Assembly: GCA_028282585.1 (NCBI GenBank)
Contig: JANQHR010000126.1
Span: 32,001-96,000 of the forward strand
Direction of reading: 5' to 3'
DNA length: 64,000 nucleotides
Source: Bacteroidales bacterium
GTDB lineage: Bacteria; Bacteroidota; Bacteroidia; Bacteroidales; UBA12077
The translations under genes were made by a program, and so were the position numbers. Positions 47,380 to 57,691 of the stretch are shown in pieces (the stretch's first letter is position 1; each line of letters opens with the position of its first letter). Below the pieces are notes generated by a model. The model did no database searches and was not told the origin of the DNA. It saw only the letters and a program-made list of their open reading frames with translations.

Positions 47380-50020
47380 TATCCAGAAAGGGCTACTAAT
47401 GCTTTTAGCGATTAATACATTTCATTTCTCGCTGAATGCACAGGAATCCTTATTGTCGAAGAAAGTAACTATTAGATGTGAGCAATGCACTTTAGAAAAG
47501 TTGATGGGCGATGTAACCGAACAAACAAAAATAAAATTTGCTTACAGTAGGTCACAAATTAATGTAGATCAAAAAATTGAAATAAACTTAAAAGAAAAGG
47601 AGGTAGAATATTTATTAAAAACTTTTAAAGAAAAATATCATATCAATTATAAACTAATTGGAAATACAATATCATTGTTTCCCGAAAAGCCAAATAACAA
47701 GCGTCAATCCAAAGTAATCGTTAGTGGTTATATAGAAGATAAATTATCTGGAGAACGCCTAATTGGAGCGAATGTTTATTTTCCTGAAAGTTATATTGGA
47801 ACCGTATCAAATGATTATGGATTCTTTTCACTTCCTGTAGGAGTTAATGCAACTGAAATTGTATGTTCTTTTGTTGGGTATCAAAACAAAATTATTCCAA
47901 TAGATTTTTTGAAAGATACATTAATAAGAATCGAATTAAGCCCAAGCATTGAACTAGAAGAAGTTGTTATTCGTGCAACAAGAGATGAAGTTATTGATAA
48001 AAAGATGCCGATTGGGATGATACGTGTTCCAATGGCTAAAATAGAATCAACACCTGTAATTTTGGGCGAAACGGATGTTTTAAAAGTTGCACAATTATTA
48101 CCTGGTGTATCGGAAGGGAGTGAAGGAAATAGCGGATTATATATTCGTGGTGGTAGCGCCGACCAGAATTTGATTTTATTGGATGGTATTACGGTATATA
48201 ACCCTAATCATTTATTTGGATTCTTTTCCGTTTTCAATGCTGATGCAATTAAAGATTTTAAGATCATTAAAGGCGGGTTCCCTGCTCGTTATGGAGGGCG
48301 CCTTTCATCAGTTGTTGATTTACGTATGAGAGAAGGAAATATGAAAAAATTTTCAGGAAGCGTTTCCATTGGTTTAATTTCTAGTAAGGCTTACATTGAG
48401 GGCCCAATTGTTAAAGACAAAACTTCGTTTTTTATTTCTGCACGTAGAACTTATATTGACTTAATTGCGGGGAACCTGGTTGGCAACTTTACCGATTTCG
48501 ATGAATCGAACTATTATTTCTATGATATTAATGCTAAAGTAAACCATAAGTTCTCTGATAAACATAGGTTATACTTAAGTTATTACCAGGGGCGTGATAA
48601 CGGGGATTCAGAAGATAGGAATGAAGGTAGTGATGCTAAATTGAGATCAGAAGAAATAAGCAAATTATCTTGGGGAAATTCCATTTATGGATTGAGATGG
48701 AATTGGTTAATGGGCTCCAACTTATTTTTGAATACTACAATAGCTTACAGTACCTATGATTATTTAAACGAAGAGATTTTTAAGAATCAGTATATTGTTG
48801 ATGACGACTGGACAAATAAAGAATATTCAACAGAAGTGCAGTCAGGAATTGATATTTTTTCTTCAGGGTTAGATTTCAACTGGATTCCGTCAGCTAACCA
48901 CCAGGTAAGGTTTGGAGTTAAATATTTTTATCACACATTCAATACTGGCATGGAATCTAAGAAATTTATATCTGCCGATGATACGAATGAGCAGGTATAT
49001 GAGGAAGAGAGAATCTATGCTAACGAAGGGAATATTTTTATTGAGGATGAAATGCGATTAAGTTCGAAGTTTTCAGCTAATCTGGGTTTACATTATTCAA
49101 TGTTTCTGGTAAATGACAAAACCTATAATTCCTTTGAACCAAGGTTATCTTTAAAATTTGATATTACAGATAAAATCCAGTTGAATGCTGGAGGAGCCAT
49201 TATGCAACAATACACTCAATTGTTATCATTTTCAAGAATCACGCTGTCGTCAGATATTTGGGTACCTGCAACTGAAAATATTGTTCCTGCAAAATCTCAA
49301 CAGGGTTCTTTAGGTGCTCGTTGGTCGATTAACGATAATTGGTCATGCTCTGTTGAAGGATATTATAAAAAAATGGCTGAGTTATTGGAATACTCTGAAA
49401 GCGCATCTTTTTTTGAAGATGATTCATGGCAAGATAGGGTTGAGCAAGGCGATGGGGAAAGTTATGGATTAGAATTTTTGCTTGAGCGAAGTAACGGAAA
49501 ATTAACTGGTTGGCTAGCATATACCTTAGCCGAAAGCACAAGGCAATTTGATAATATAAATAATGGAGAAACTTTTCCTTATAAATATGATAAACGGCAT
49601 GATCTAAATATTGTAGTAGATTATAAATTAACAAAGCATTGGTCTGTTAATGCTGTATGGACCTACAAAACGGGAAATGCAGAAACTTTAGGAGTAATTA
49701 AATATCCATCGAACCTGGGCTTTTTTGGAGATAACAGTACAAGTTTTGACGATATTATTTACCAAAAAAGGAATGATTACCGAATGCCTGCTTACCACCG
49801 CTTGGATATTTCTGTTAACTGGAAAAAGCAAAAAGAAAAAGTAGAACACCAGGTAGCATTGGGCGTCTATAACGCTTACAATAGAGATAACCCATATAAA
49901 ATTTCATTGTTTGATGGTTCCGTTAAAACATCGGATGAAGGGTATATAGACACTAAAGTGATTAAAGAAAAAAGCTTATTTGGCATTTTACCGGCAATAA
50001 CATATACAATTAATTTTTAG
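47366..50020 (+). CDS. TonB-dependent receptor with N-terminal signalling and carboxypeptidase-like domains
   Basis: GE.DV.K..QLLPGV, IRGGSADQN, GGFPARYGGRLSSV, YHRLD, C-terminal F. Confidence 0.9.
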   Translation: MKMSSIQKGLLMLLAINTFHFSLNAQESLLSKKVTIRCEQCTLEKLMGDVTEQTKIKFAYSRSQINVDQKIEINLKEKEVEYLLKTFKEKYHINYKLIGNTISLFPEKPNNKRQSKVIVSGYIEDKLSGERLIGANVYFPESYIGTVSNDYGFFSLPVGVNATEIVCSFVGYQNKIIPIDFLKDTLIRIELSPSIELEEVVIRATRDEVIDKKMPIGMIRVPMAKIESTPVILGETDVLKVAQLLPGVSEGSEGNSGLYIRGGSADQNLILLDGITVYNPNHLFGFFSVFNADAIKDFKIIKGGFPARYGGRLSSVVDLRMREGNMKKFSGSVSIGLISSKAYIEGPIVKDKTSFFISARRTYIDLIAGNLVGNFTDFDESNYYFYDINAKVNHKFSDKHRLYLSYYQGRDNGDSEDRNEGSDAKLRSEEISKLSWGNSIYGLRWNWLMGSNLFLNTTIAYSTYDYLNEEIFKNQYIVDDDWTNKEYSTEVQSGIDIFSSGLDFNWIPSANHQVRFGVKYFYHTFNTGMESKKFISADDTNEQVYEEERIYANEGNIFIEDEMRLSSKFSANLGLHYSMFLVNDKTYNSFEPRLSLKFDITDKIQLNAGGAIMQQYTQLLSFSRITLSSDIWVPATENIVPAKSQQGSLGARWSINDNWSCSVEGYYKKMAELLEYSESASFFEDDSWQDRVEQGDGESYGLEFLLERSNGKLTGWLAYTLAESTRQFDNINNGETFPYKYDKRHDLNIVVDYKLTKHWSVNAVWTYKTGNAETLGVIKYPSNLGFFGDNSTSFDDIIYQKRNDYRMPAYHRLDISVNWKKQKEKVEHQVALGVYNAYNRDNPYKISLFDGSVKTSDEGYIDTKVIKEKSLFGILPAITYTINF

Positions 50021-50024
50021 TAAG

Positions 50025-50954
50025 ATGATGAAAAAGATATATATCGTAGCAACGTTATTTACAATAGTATTCTTTTCATGCGAAGAGGAGGTTGATATAC
50101 AATATAACCAGTATGTGGTTAACTCATTTTTTTCGGAAAGTGTACCGTTTTTAATACAAACAACAAATACGGTTTCTGTTTTTGATACTGCAACATACTT
50201 TTCAATAAAGGATATGCAAGGCGAATTATACGAAGATGGCGAACTGGTTGGGGATTTAGTATTTCAGGATTCTTATTATAGAGAAGGGCTCCCAGGTGAA
50301 GTGCCGGAAGGATATTCAATTGACGGTTTTACTCCACAACCAGGTAAAGAATATAGTTTTGAATTAAAGCATGGAGACATTACAATTACCGGGTCTGATA
50401 TGATTCCTTATCCCGTTGATTTTACAATTACGGATACAACTACTGTATTAGACGAGTATGATTTAACGTATAAAGGGATTGAATGCCAGATTAATTTCAT
50501 TGATCCGGCTAATGAAGATAATTATTACCTATTAACATATAATGTGACTGAATATCTTGATGAGGATGATGATATAGGTTGGACACAGGCTGGTGGCTGG
50601 ATGAACTCCGATGACCCTGCAATAGAGAATTATTATTATCAACAGGGATTATTATATACTGGTTATCGTTTTATTTTCTCTGATCAATATTTTAATGGTA
50701 AGGAATATACCATACCAGTAAGTTATTTTGTTGGGCATACCAGCCCCCGAAGAAAGGACTTGAATATTTATTTAATTTCTATTAGCGAGCAATATTACAA
50801 TTATGTAACATCAGCAATTAACCAACAGGAAAATAATGATGATTATTATGCCGAACCGACCCAGGTTTATAACAATATAATTAATGGTTTTGGGATTTTT
50901 GCCGGATTTAGTGTTAGCGAATATGTAATGGAATTCGGAGTTATAAACAAATAA
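50025..50954 (+). CDS. DUF4249-like lipoprotein
   Basis: Lipobox FFSC; F.DP..E.NYY, EP.QVYNNI.NGFGIFAG. Confidence 0.8.
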   Translation: MMKKIYIVATLFTIVFFSCEEEVDIQYNQYVVNSFFSESVPFLIQTTNTVSVFDTATYFSIKDMQGELYEDGELVGDLVFQDSYYREGLPGEVPEGYSIDGFTPQPGKEYSFELKHGDITITGSDMIPYPVDFTITDTTTVLDEYDLTYKGIECQINFIDPANEDNYYLLTYNVTEYLDEDDDIGWTQAGGWMNSDDPAIENYYYQQGLLYTGYRFIFSDQYFNGKEYTIPVSYFVGHTSPRRKDLNIYLISISEQYYNYVTSAINQQENNDDYYAEPTQVYNNIINGFGIFAGFSVSEYVMEFGVINK

Positions 50955-50972
50955 TATAAAAACCTAAAATGT

Positions 50973-51005
50973 AAGGTGATTAGTTATAGCTAATCACCTT
51001 TTTTT
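50973..51005 (+). terminator. Intrinsic terminator
   Basis: aaggtgattag-ttatag-ctaatcacctt followed by T-run. Confidence 0.8.
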
Positions 51006-51050
51006 GTAAACTAATTTTAACTTAGCTTGTTTTATGAGAAAAGGAATGAA

Positions 51051-52430
51051 ATGAATAGAAAAGAATATGATACAATGGGCGAAGTTTTGGTTCCCGAAGG
51101 AAAATTATGGGGAGCACAAACTCAACGGTCGATACAAAATTTTAAAATAGGTAATAATCTCATGCCAAATGAAATAATTCGTGCATATGGCTATCTTAAA
51201 AAGGCTGCTGCAATAACTAATAATAAACTTGGAGTTTTATCCGATGAAAAAATGAAAGCCATTACTCAAGTCTGTGATGAAATCACTGAAGGTAAGTTAA
51301 ATGATCAGTTTCCTTTGGTGGTTTGGCAAACAGGATCGGGAACGCAGACCAATATGAATATAAATGAAGTAATTTCAAATCGGGCTCATATTATGGCGGG
51401 TAATGAATTAGGAGTTGGAGAAAAGAAAATTCATCCAAACGATGATGTGAATAAATCACAATCTTCAAATGATACTTTTCCTACTGCAATGCATATAGCG
51501 GCAAAAACAATATTAATTAACCTTACTATTCCGGCAATTGTAAAGCTAAAAGAAGCTTTACAAGAAAAAAGCAATGCATGGCAAGCTATTATTAAGATGG
51601 GGCGAACACATTTGATGGATGCTACCGTTTTATCTTTAGGACAAGAGTTTTCGGGCTATGTTTCTATGTTGGATCATGGAATAAAAGCCTTAAAAAATAC
51701 ATTGCCACATTTATCTGAAATTGCATTAGGAGGAACAGCAGTTGGAACTGGATTAAATGCACCGGAAGGTTATTCGGAACAAGTGGCAACAGAAATTTCT
51801 AACCTTACAGGATTAGAATTTGTTTCATCTGAAAATAAATTCAGATCATTAGCTTCTCATGATACTATGGTTGAAACACACGGAGCATTAAAAACTTTAG
51901 CAGTAAGTTTAATGAAAATTGCTAACGATATTCGTTTATTAGGATCAGGTCCAAGAGGAGGAATCGGGGAATTAAAGTTACCAGCCAACGAACCAGGGTC
52001 ATCAATAATGCCAGGAAAAGTAAATCCAACACAAATTGAAGCACTAACAATGGTTTGTGCTCAAGTTATGGGGAATGATGTTACTATTAATATTGCTGGT
52101 TCAAATGGACATTTGGAACTAAATGTATTTAAACCGGTTATTATTAAAAACTTTTTAGAATCAGCCAGGCTGTTAGGCGATGCAGTAATTTCATTTACAA
52201 AAAATACAGTTCGTGGATTAGAACCAAATATCGAAAATATAAATAAGCATGTAAATAATTCTTTAATGCTAGTTACTGCTCTTAATACACATATTGGATA
52301 TGAGAAATCAGCAGAGATTGTAAAAAAAGCATTTTCAGAAAATACTACTTTAAAGAAAGCGGCTATCCAGTTAGGTTATTTAACGGAAAAAGAGTTTGAA
52401 CAATGGGTAGATCCCCAAAAAATGATTTAA
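51051..52430 (+). CDS. fumC: Fumarate hydratase class II
   Basis: [44 protein letters not shown]. Confidence 0.95.
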   Translation: MNRKEYDTMGEVLVPEGKLWGAQTQRSIQNFKIGNNLMPNEIIRAYGYLKKAAAITNNKLGVLSDEKMKAITQVCDEITEGKLNDQFPLVVWQTGSGTQTNMNINEVISNRAHIMAGNELGVGEKKIHPNDDVNKSQSSNDTFPTAMHIAAKTILINLTIPAIVKLKEALQEKSNAWQAIIKMGRTHLMDATVLSLGQEFSGYVSMLDHGIKALKNTLPHLSEIALGGTAVGTGLNAPEGYSEQVATEISNLTGLEFVSSENKFRSLASHDTMVETHGALKTLAVSLMKIANDIRLLGSGPRGGIGELKLPANEPGSSIMPGKVNPTQIEALTMVCAQVMGNDVTINIAGSNGHLELNVFKPVIIKNFLESARLLGDAVISFTKNTVRGLEPNIENINKHVNNSLMLVTALNTHIGYEKSAEIVKKAFSENTTLKKAAIQLGYLTEKEFEQWVDPQKMI

Positions 52431-52485
52431 TAATTGATTCTTAAGATATAGATTTGTTAAGTTTGCTTTTTTACAAAAAGAAGCT

Positions 52486-54444
52486 ATGCAACAAAATATT
52501 CGAAATGTTGGAATCTTGGCTCATGTTGATGCCGGTAAAACAACGATTACTGAAAACTTTCTTTATTTAAGCGGACAATCAAAAAAACTGGGAAGTGTTG
52601 ATGATGGAACGACTCAAACCGATTTTCTGGATGTAGAAAGAGAGCGAGGTATATCAGTTCGGTCGTCAAATACAACATTTTACTGGAAAGATATGAAAAT
52701 CAATTTGATTGATACTCCTGGGCACGTTGATTTTTCGGCTGATGTAGAAAGAGTTCTTCGCGTATTAGATTGTGCAGTTCTTGTAATTTCAGCGGTTGAA
52801 GGTGTTCAGGCACATACCGAAACATTATGGACAGCTTTACAAAATCTGAAAATACCTACAACCATTTTTATTAATAAAATAGATAGAGCTGGAGCAGATA
52901 CCGAATTAGTTATTCAAGAAATCCAAACGGAGTTAACAGATAAATTGGTATTACTTCAAGAAATTTCTGATGAAACATCAAATGATGCTAATATAAAGTC
53001 GGTTTGGAACAACGAAGGTATTGATGGAAATGTTGTAGAAGCAATTGCTAATACAAATGAATCAATTTTAGAAAAATACTTGGAAGAGCAACCTATAGTT
53101 TTTTCAGAATTAGATGAAAATCTCATAAATGCAGTTCATCAACATCAATTATTTCCTGTTTTAATGGGGTCAGCAAAAAACTCAATTGGAGTTGAGGAAT
53201 TATTAAATGCTGTTATACATTACTTACCAGGGCCAGATGTTAACACTAGTAAACAATTGTCAGCATTAGTTTATAGTATTTCGCATGATAAAACCATGGG
53301 TAAAGTTGCACATGTAAAAGTTTACCAGGGAGCAATAAATAATCGTGAATTAATAAAAAACGCAAGCCAACAAATTGAAGAAAAGGTAACTCAAGTAAGA
53401 AAATTAATTGCTAACAAATATGAGGACTTAGGATTAGTTGAAGTTGGAGATATTGCAGGAATTTGTGGTTTACAAAATGCAAGAGTCGGTGATGTTTTGG
53501 GTGAGTTTTCAGATTTATTGCCTGATGATATTAGCTTGCGGGTTCCTTTACTAACAGTTCAGGTCAAGGCAGATAATGATAAAGATTATTCGAGACTAGC
53601 AGAAGCTTTGCAAGAACTTTCATTCGAAGATCCAACCTTAGATTTTGAATGGTTAAAAGACGATAAGGAACTTCATGTTAAAATTATGGGTTGGATTCAG
53701 ATCGAAGTTTTGGAAAGAGTTATAGAAAACCGTTTTGGAATAAAAGCTAAATTCGATTCACCTACCGTGATATATAAGGAAACTCCAAGTCAGAAAGGAG
53801 AAGGCTTTGTAAAATACTGGATGCCAAAACCTTGCTGGGCGATTTTAAAATTTATGATTGAACCGGGAGAAAGAGGGAGTGGTGTAGTTTATGAATCTAA
53901 AATTAGCGTAGATGATGTTCACCGGAAATACCAAAATGAGGTAGAACGAACCATCCCAAATGCATTGAAACAAGGTATCAAAGGATGGGAAGTAACAGAT
54001 TTGAAAATTACTTTAATTGAAGGGGAAGATCATGAGATTCATTCACGTCCGGGAGATTTTATTGTTGCCACTCCAATGGGAATTATGAATGGACTTGTAA
54101 ATACCGAAACTACTTTATTAGAACCATTAATATCATTTAAAATTTCTGCAACCGAAGATTTATTAGGAGCTATTACAAGTGATATTACACAAATGAGAGG
54201 AAAATTTGATAGCCCCGAAATGGAGAATGGGAGATTTATTTTATCCGGAATTTTACCTGTTGCTACATCATTAGACTTTCCGGTTCGGTTAAGCTCTCGT
54301 TCGGGTGGGAAAGCAAAAATCTCGACTAAGTTTTATGGTTACCAGGAGTGTGATGAAGAACTTGGACAAACGCGAGATTATAAAGGGATAAGCCCACTGG
54401 ATACTTCAAAATGGATATTGAAAGCACGAAAAGCCTTACAATAA
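52486..54444 (+). CDS. TetM/TetO-like translational GTPase (ribosomal protection protein-like)
   Basis: GILAHVDAGKTT, GSVDDGTT.TD, ERERGIS, DTPGH, NKID, GWEVTD.K, TLLEP; 652 aa. Confidence 0.82.
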   Translation: MQQNIRNVGILAHVDAGKTTITENFLYLSGQSKKLGSVDDGTTQTDFLDVERERGISVRSSNTTFYWKDMKINLIDTPGHVDFSADVERVLRVLDCAVLVISAVEGVQAHTETLWTALQNLKIPTTIFINKIDRAGADTELVIQEIQTELTDKLVLLQEISDETSNDANIKSVWNNEGIDGNVVEAIANTNESILEKYLEEQPIVFSELDENLINAVHQHQLFPVLMGSAKNSIGVEELLNAVIHYLPGPDVNTSKQLSALVYSISHDKTMGKVAHVKVYQGAINNRELIKNASQQIEEKVTQVRKLIANKYEDLGLVEVGDIAGICGLQNARVGDVLGEFSDLLPDDISLRVPLLTVQVKADNDKDYSRLAEALQELSFEDPTLDFEWLKDDKELHVKIMGWIQIEVLERVIENRFGIKAKFDSPTVIYKETPSQKGEGFVKYWMPKPCWAILKFMIEPGERGSGVVYESKISVDDVHRKYQNEVERTIPNALKQGIKGWEVTDLKITLIEGEDHEIHSRPGDFIVATPMGIMNGLVNTETTLLEPLISFKISATEDLLGAITSDITQMRGKFDSPEMENGRFILSGILPVATSLDFPVRLSSRSGGKAKISTKFYGYQECDEELGQTRDYKGISPLDTSKWILKARKALQ

Positions 54445-54446
54445 AT

Positions 54447-54479
54447 ATCTGTCAAGCGGATATAAACCGCTTGACAGAT
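54447..54479. terminator. Perfect 13-bp hairpin between convergent genes
   Basis: atctgtcaagcgg-atataaa-ccgcttgacagat. Confidence 0.7.
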
Positions 54480-54490
54480 TATGGATTAAC

Positions 54491-55189
54491 CTACTTGGCT
54501 TTTCTTATAAAAATATCACCACTAATGGTTTCAAGGAAAATTCTAGTTCCTCCATTATTTAGACGTTTCGATAATTCGTTTTTTCCATAATGATGATAAC
54601 CATCGCTTTTTTCACGATTAAATTCAAAATCACTGTACATTCCTCCTGTGATTGTGCTTAATTCGAGGTCGGCATCATAATTGTCTGGTAATGACAAATC
54701 GATAAAACCACTAATGGTATTAATATCCATTCTTGTTTGAATATCTTTAATTTCTATGTCACCACTAATTGTTTCAATTTCGAGTTTGTTATTTTTTGGA
54801 ATCCTTACTTCGAAATATAGATCCATATTTACCGAGCAGTCATAAATTATGGTTCTTCCATCTTCTTCATCTTTAACAATTCTTCTAGATCTATGTAAGT
54901 CTTTAATATCTTCAATCTCAGATTCAATCTTGATTCCTGTTGATCTTTGTTTTTGAGTAAGAGTGAATTTATCATTATCATTATTATCATTAATATTTAC
55001 TACAACCTTAACATAAACTTCGTTTTTATCCCAACTTGTTACTTTAATATCTTCGGCAAACTGGAAGTCAAGGCTAATTTCATCAGAGTTTGATACCGGA
55101 TAGGTTTTTTCGATTACTTTTTGGCTATATACCTGGTTTGAAATTGATATAAGAATTGCCAGAACAAATGTGAATACACTGTTTTTCAT
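54491..55189 (-). CDS. DUF4097 family exported protein
   Basis: Signal peptide; repeated TISG/TITG beta motifs. Confidence 0.75.
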   Translation of the reverse strand: MKNSVFTFVLAILISISNQVYSQKVIEKTYPVSNSDEISLDFQFAEDIKVTSWDKNEVYVKVVVNINDNNDNDKFTLTQKQRSTGIKIESEIEDIKDLHRSRRIVKDEEDGRTIIYDCSVNMDLYFEVRIPKNNKLEIETISGDIEIKDIQTRMDINTISGFIDLSLPDNYDADLELSTITGGMYSDFEFNREKSDGYHHYGKNELSKRLNNGGTRIFLETISGDIFIRKAK

Positions 55190-55312
55190 GATCTTGTAAT
55201 TTTAAATTTAGTTAATCGGAGTAGAAAAAGGCTGTTTATGGATTAACTATGAAAGCACATTTATCGATAGTTTAAAAACAAAATTCGAGATTCCAAAAAC
55301 AGCCAGTTAGCG

Positions 55313-56101
55313 TTATTTCTTACGTAGATAAACATTATCATTAATGGTTACTAGTTTGATATCAACCCCGCCACCATTAATTGTTCCTTTAATTTTCTGT
55401 CCACCACCAATATAGCTTAAGCCATCTTTTTCTTTCTTATCGAAATCAATATCAAAATTGGTAAAAATCTCGCCGTTTATGGTACTCATTGAAATATTTG
55501 CCGGAGTATTTGCAGGAAGAGAAATATCAATTATTCCATTTGTTGCATGAAGTGATATGGGAGAGTTTTGGTTTACTGCTCCAAAATCAATATCAATATC
55601 TCCATTTGTTAAGTTAAGGATAACTGGACCTGTAACGTTTTCTAGCACTATACTCGGATTTAAAATGGATACTTCCAGTTCGCTACTAAAGTTTTTAACT
55701 TTAACATCATCGCCTGCAAACGGACTTCTATAATCTAATTTAAAGTTTATTCCTTTAGGTACTTTAAAAGTATAATAGGCGTCTTCTGCTTGTTTACTAG
55801 CACCTACAACTTCAATTACACTTCCATTCATTTCAACCTGAAGGCCAACTCCGGTATTATCTTCTGCTCCAGAACCATATAAAGACCTTAAGCCATCGGC
55901 TCTTTCTGGTCTTTTTTCAAATTTTCTTGTTTCGATTATTAATTGCGTTCCTGTAGTTTCCTCGATGCTAATTCCTCCGGAGAAATTCTTTACAAATATC
56001 TGGTTTGCCTGTTTAACATCGTATGTAAATTCTTGTGCATAGCTTGTACTTATTGCAAGTATTAAACATGCTGTTATTAAAATTGAATTTATTGTTTTCA
56101 T
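55313..56101 (-). CDS. DUF4097 family exported protein
   Basis: Signal peptide; TNG/TING repeats; INGGG end motif. Confidence 0.75.
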   Translation of the reverse strand: MKTINSILITACLILAISTSYAQEFTYDVKQANQIFVKNFSGGISIEETTGTQLIIETRKFEKRPERADGLRSLYGSGAEDNTGVGLQVEMNGSVIEVVGASKQAEDAYYTFKVPKGINFKLDYRSPFAGDDVKVKNFSSELEVSILNPSIVLENVTGPVILNLTNGDIDIDFGAVNQNSPISLHATNGIIDISLPANTPANISMSTINGEIFTNFDIDFDKKEKDGLSYIGGGQKIKGTINGGGVDIKLVTINDNVYLRKK

Positions 56102-56173
56102 GATTTTTAAATTTTAAATTAACTGACATTTTTATTCGTCTGTCTGTTGACAGATATGTTTGCGCGCGATTTT

Positions 56174-56968
56174 TTATATAAAAACTTTTAATCCCTCTTG
56201 TGCCTGCTCTTTTACAACAGGTATGGTTTGGTCATTATTAATTATATTCTCAAATGTTTCTTTTGCTCTTTCTTCTTGAATTTGGGTCAAGAGATTTATT
56301 AAAGTAATTTGCATTGCTGCATCTTCTTCTTTTTCTAAAACTTCGAGAAAAGCATTACGTACTTCCTTACTTTCCGAATATTTAGATAATGCATTTGCTG
56401 CCGCCATTCGGACGTTTACATTATCATCACTTTTGAATGTATTGATCAAAAGAGCGATGGTTTTCATATCTAATTTAATTTGCTCATCAATTGCATTAAC
56501 TGCCTTTAGTCTCTGACTTGCAGTTGGTTGACTTAATGAAGCTAAAGAGGCAGATTGTTGCATCGAATATAATTCGGCGCGTAATTGTGAAATTTCAGAA
56601 TTTTGTTTCGATTGTATTTGTACATTTCTACCTAATAAAAATCCAAATCCAAGTAAAATAATTGCACTAGCCGCATATTTTAAAAAGCCCCAATTTGTTT
56701 TTTTGGAATGGATTACAATATCATTTGAGTTGTGTTGGATATTTTCTTTTTCTTCTTCAAGCATCGAATAAAAATCTTCCTTTAATTGAAGAGCAGGGGC
56801 TTCGTCTACAAGGATACTCATTTCATCTAATAGTTGACGTGTTTGCTTGTGTTCTGTTCTACACTTTTCACACGTGAGCAAATGTTCTTCAATTTGAACT
56901 TTAATATCTTCAGAAATATTTCCTTCGATAAAATCAATTAGTATGTTTTTTATGTTATTGCATTCCAT
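56174..56968 (-). CDS. Zn-finger (HxxxCxxC) anti-sigma factor with HEAT repeats
   Basis: HLLTCEKC, single TM, DDNVNVRMAAANAL. Confidence 0.85.
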   Translation of the reverse strand: MECNNIKNILIDFIEGNISEDIKVQIEEHLLTCEKCRTEHKQTRQLLDEMSILVDEAPALQLKEDFYSMLEEEKENIQHNSNDIVIHSKKTNWGFLKYAASAIILLGFGFLLGRNVQIQSKQNSEISQLRAELYSMQQSASLASLSQPTASQRLKAVNAIDEQIKLDMKTIALLINTFKSDDNVNVRMAAANALSKYSESKEVRNAFLEVLEKEEDAAMQITLINLLTQIQEERAKETFENIINNDQTIPVVKEQAQEGLKVFI

Positions 56969-56978
56969 AATTTCCGTT

Positions 56979-57521
56979 TTATGCTAGTTCAAAATAAAGT
57001 TCTCTTAACTTATGCATTGCCCGGTGTACTTTTACTTTTATAGCAGTAACCGAATTCCCGGTTATTTCAGATATTTTCTGATACTTCAGTCCTTGGAAAC
57101 GACTTAATTCAATTATCTCTCGTTGTTCCGGACTTAACTTATTTAGTGCTTCGTACAAAGTACTTTTTTTAGATTCCATGTCCATTTCTTCTAAAGCTGA
57201 TTTCGTGTCTATTTCTAATTTTTCCGTTTCATGAAAATCAGATTTTAAAAATTTATTCTTCTGATAATGTTTTAAATGAACGTTACGTGCAATTTGATAC
57301 ATCCATGATTTAAAGTTCCATTTATTATCATACGACTCGCGATACAATATAATTCTACGAAAAACATTTTGTGTTAAATCTTTACTTATATCCTTACTTT
57401 GAGTTAACCGCAGAAAGAAATTGTAAAGTCTTACATGATACTTTTCAAACAATGGAGCTAGAGAATCTAAATCTCCATTTTTTACTTTCTGCATTAATTG
57501 TTCGTCGTTGAACTGTTCCAC
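56979..57521 (-). CDS. ECF RNA polymerase sigma factor
   Basis: DLTQNVF, FKSWMYQIARN, LSPEQRE, VKVHRA. Confidence 0.92.
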   Translation of the reverse strand: MEQFNDEQLMQKVKNGDLDSLAPLFEKYHVRLYNFFLRLTQSKDISKDLTQNVFRRIILYRESYDNKWNFKSWMYQIARNVHLKHYQKNKFLKSDFHETEKLEIDTKSALEEMDMESKKSTLYEALNKLSPEQREIIELSRFQGLKYQKISEITGNSVTAIKVKVHRAMHKLRELYFELA

Positions 57522-57639
57522 AAATTGCTTTTTTACTTTTTGATTCTGTATTGGGTATCTCGAAAAATGAAAAAGGTTACAAGCTAAAGTAAAAATAATA
57601 TATTTATTTTGACAATATTTTGTATTTCAGTTTATTATA

Positions 57640-57672
57640 AAAAAGAAAGGCGCTCATGTTGAACGCCTTTCT
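57640..57672 (-). terminator. Intrinsic terminator after sppA
   Basis: agaaaggcg...cgcctttct stem with T-tract on the minus strand. Confidence 0.7.
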
Positions 57673-57691
57673 AAAATTATTTTTTAAATAA

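Noticed and set aside
52486-54444. fusA (EF-G) or a named tet gene such as tetQ
   Set aside because: It lacks the EF-G RGITI and HDVDS signatures and the rpsL-rpsG context. It also lacks the TetM-type YSPVST loop and any conjugative transposon context.
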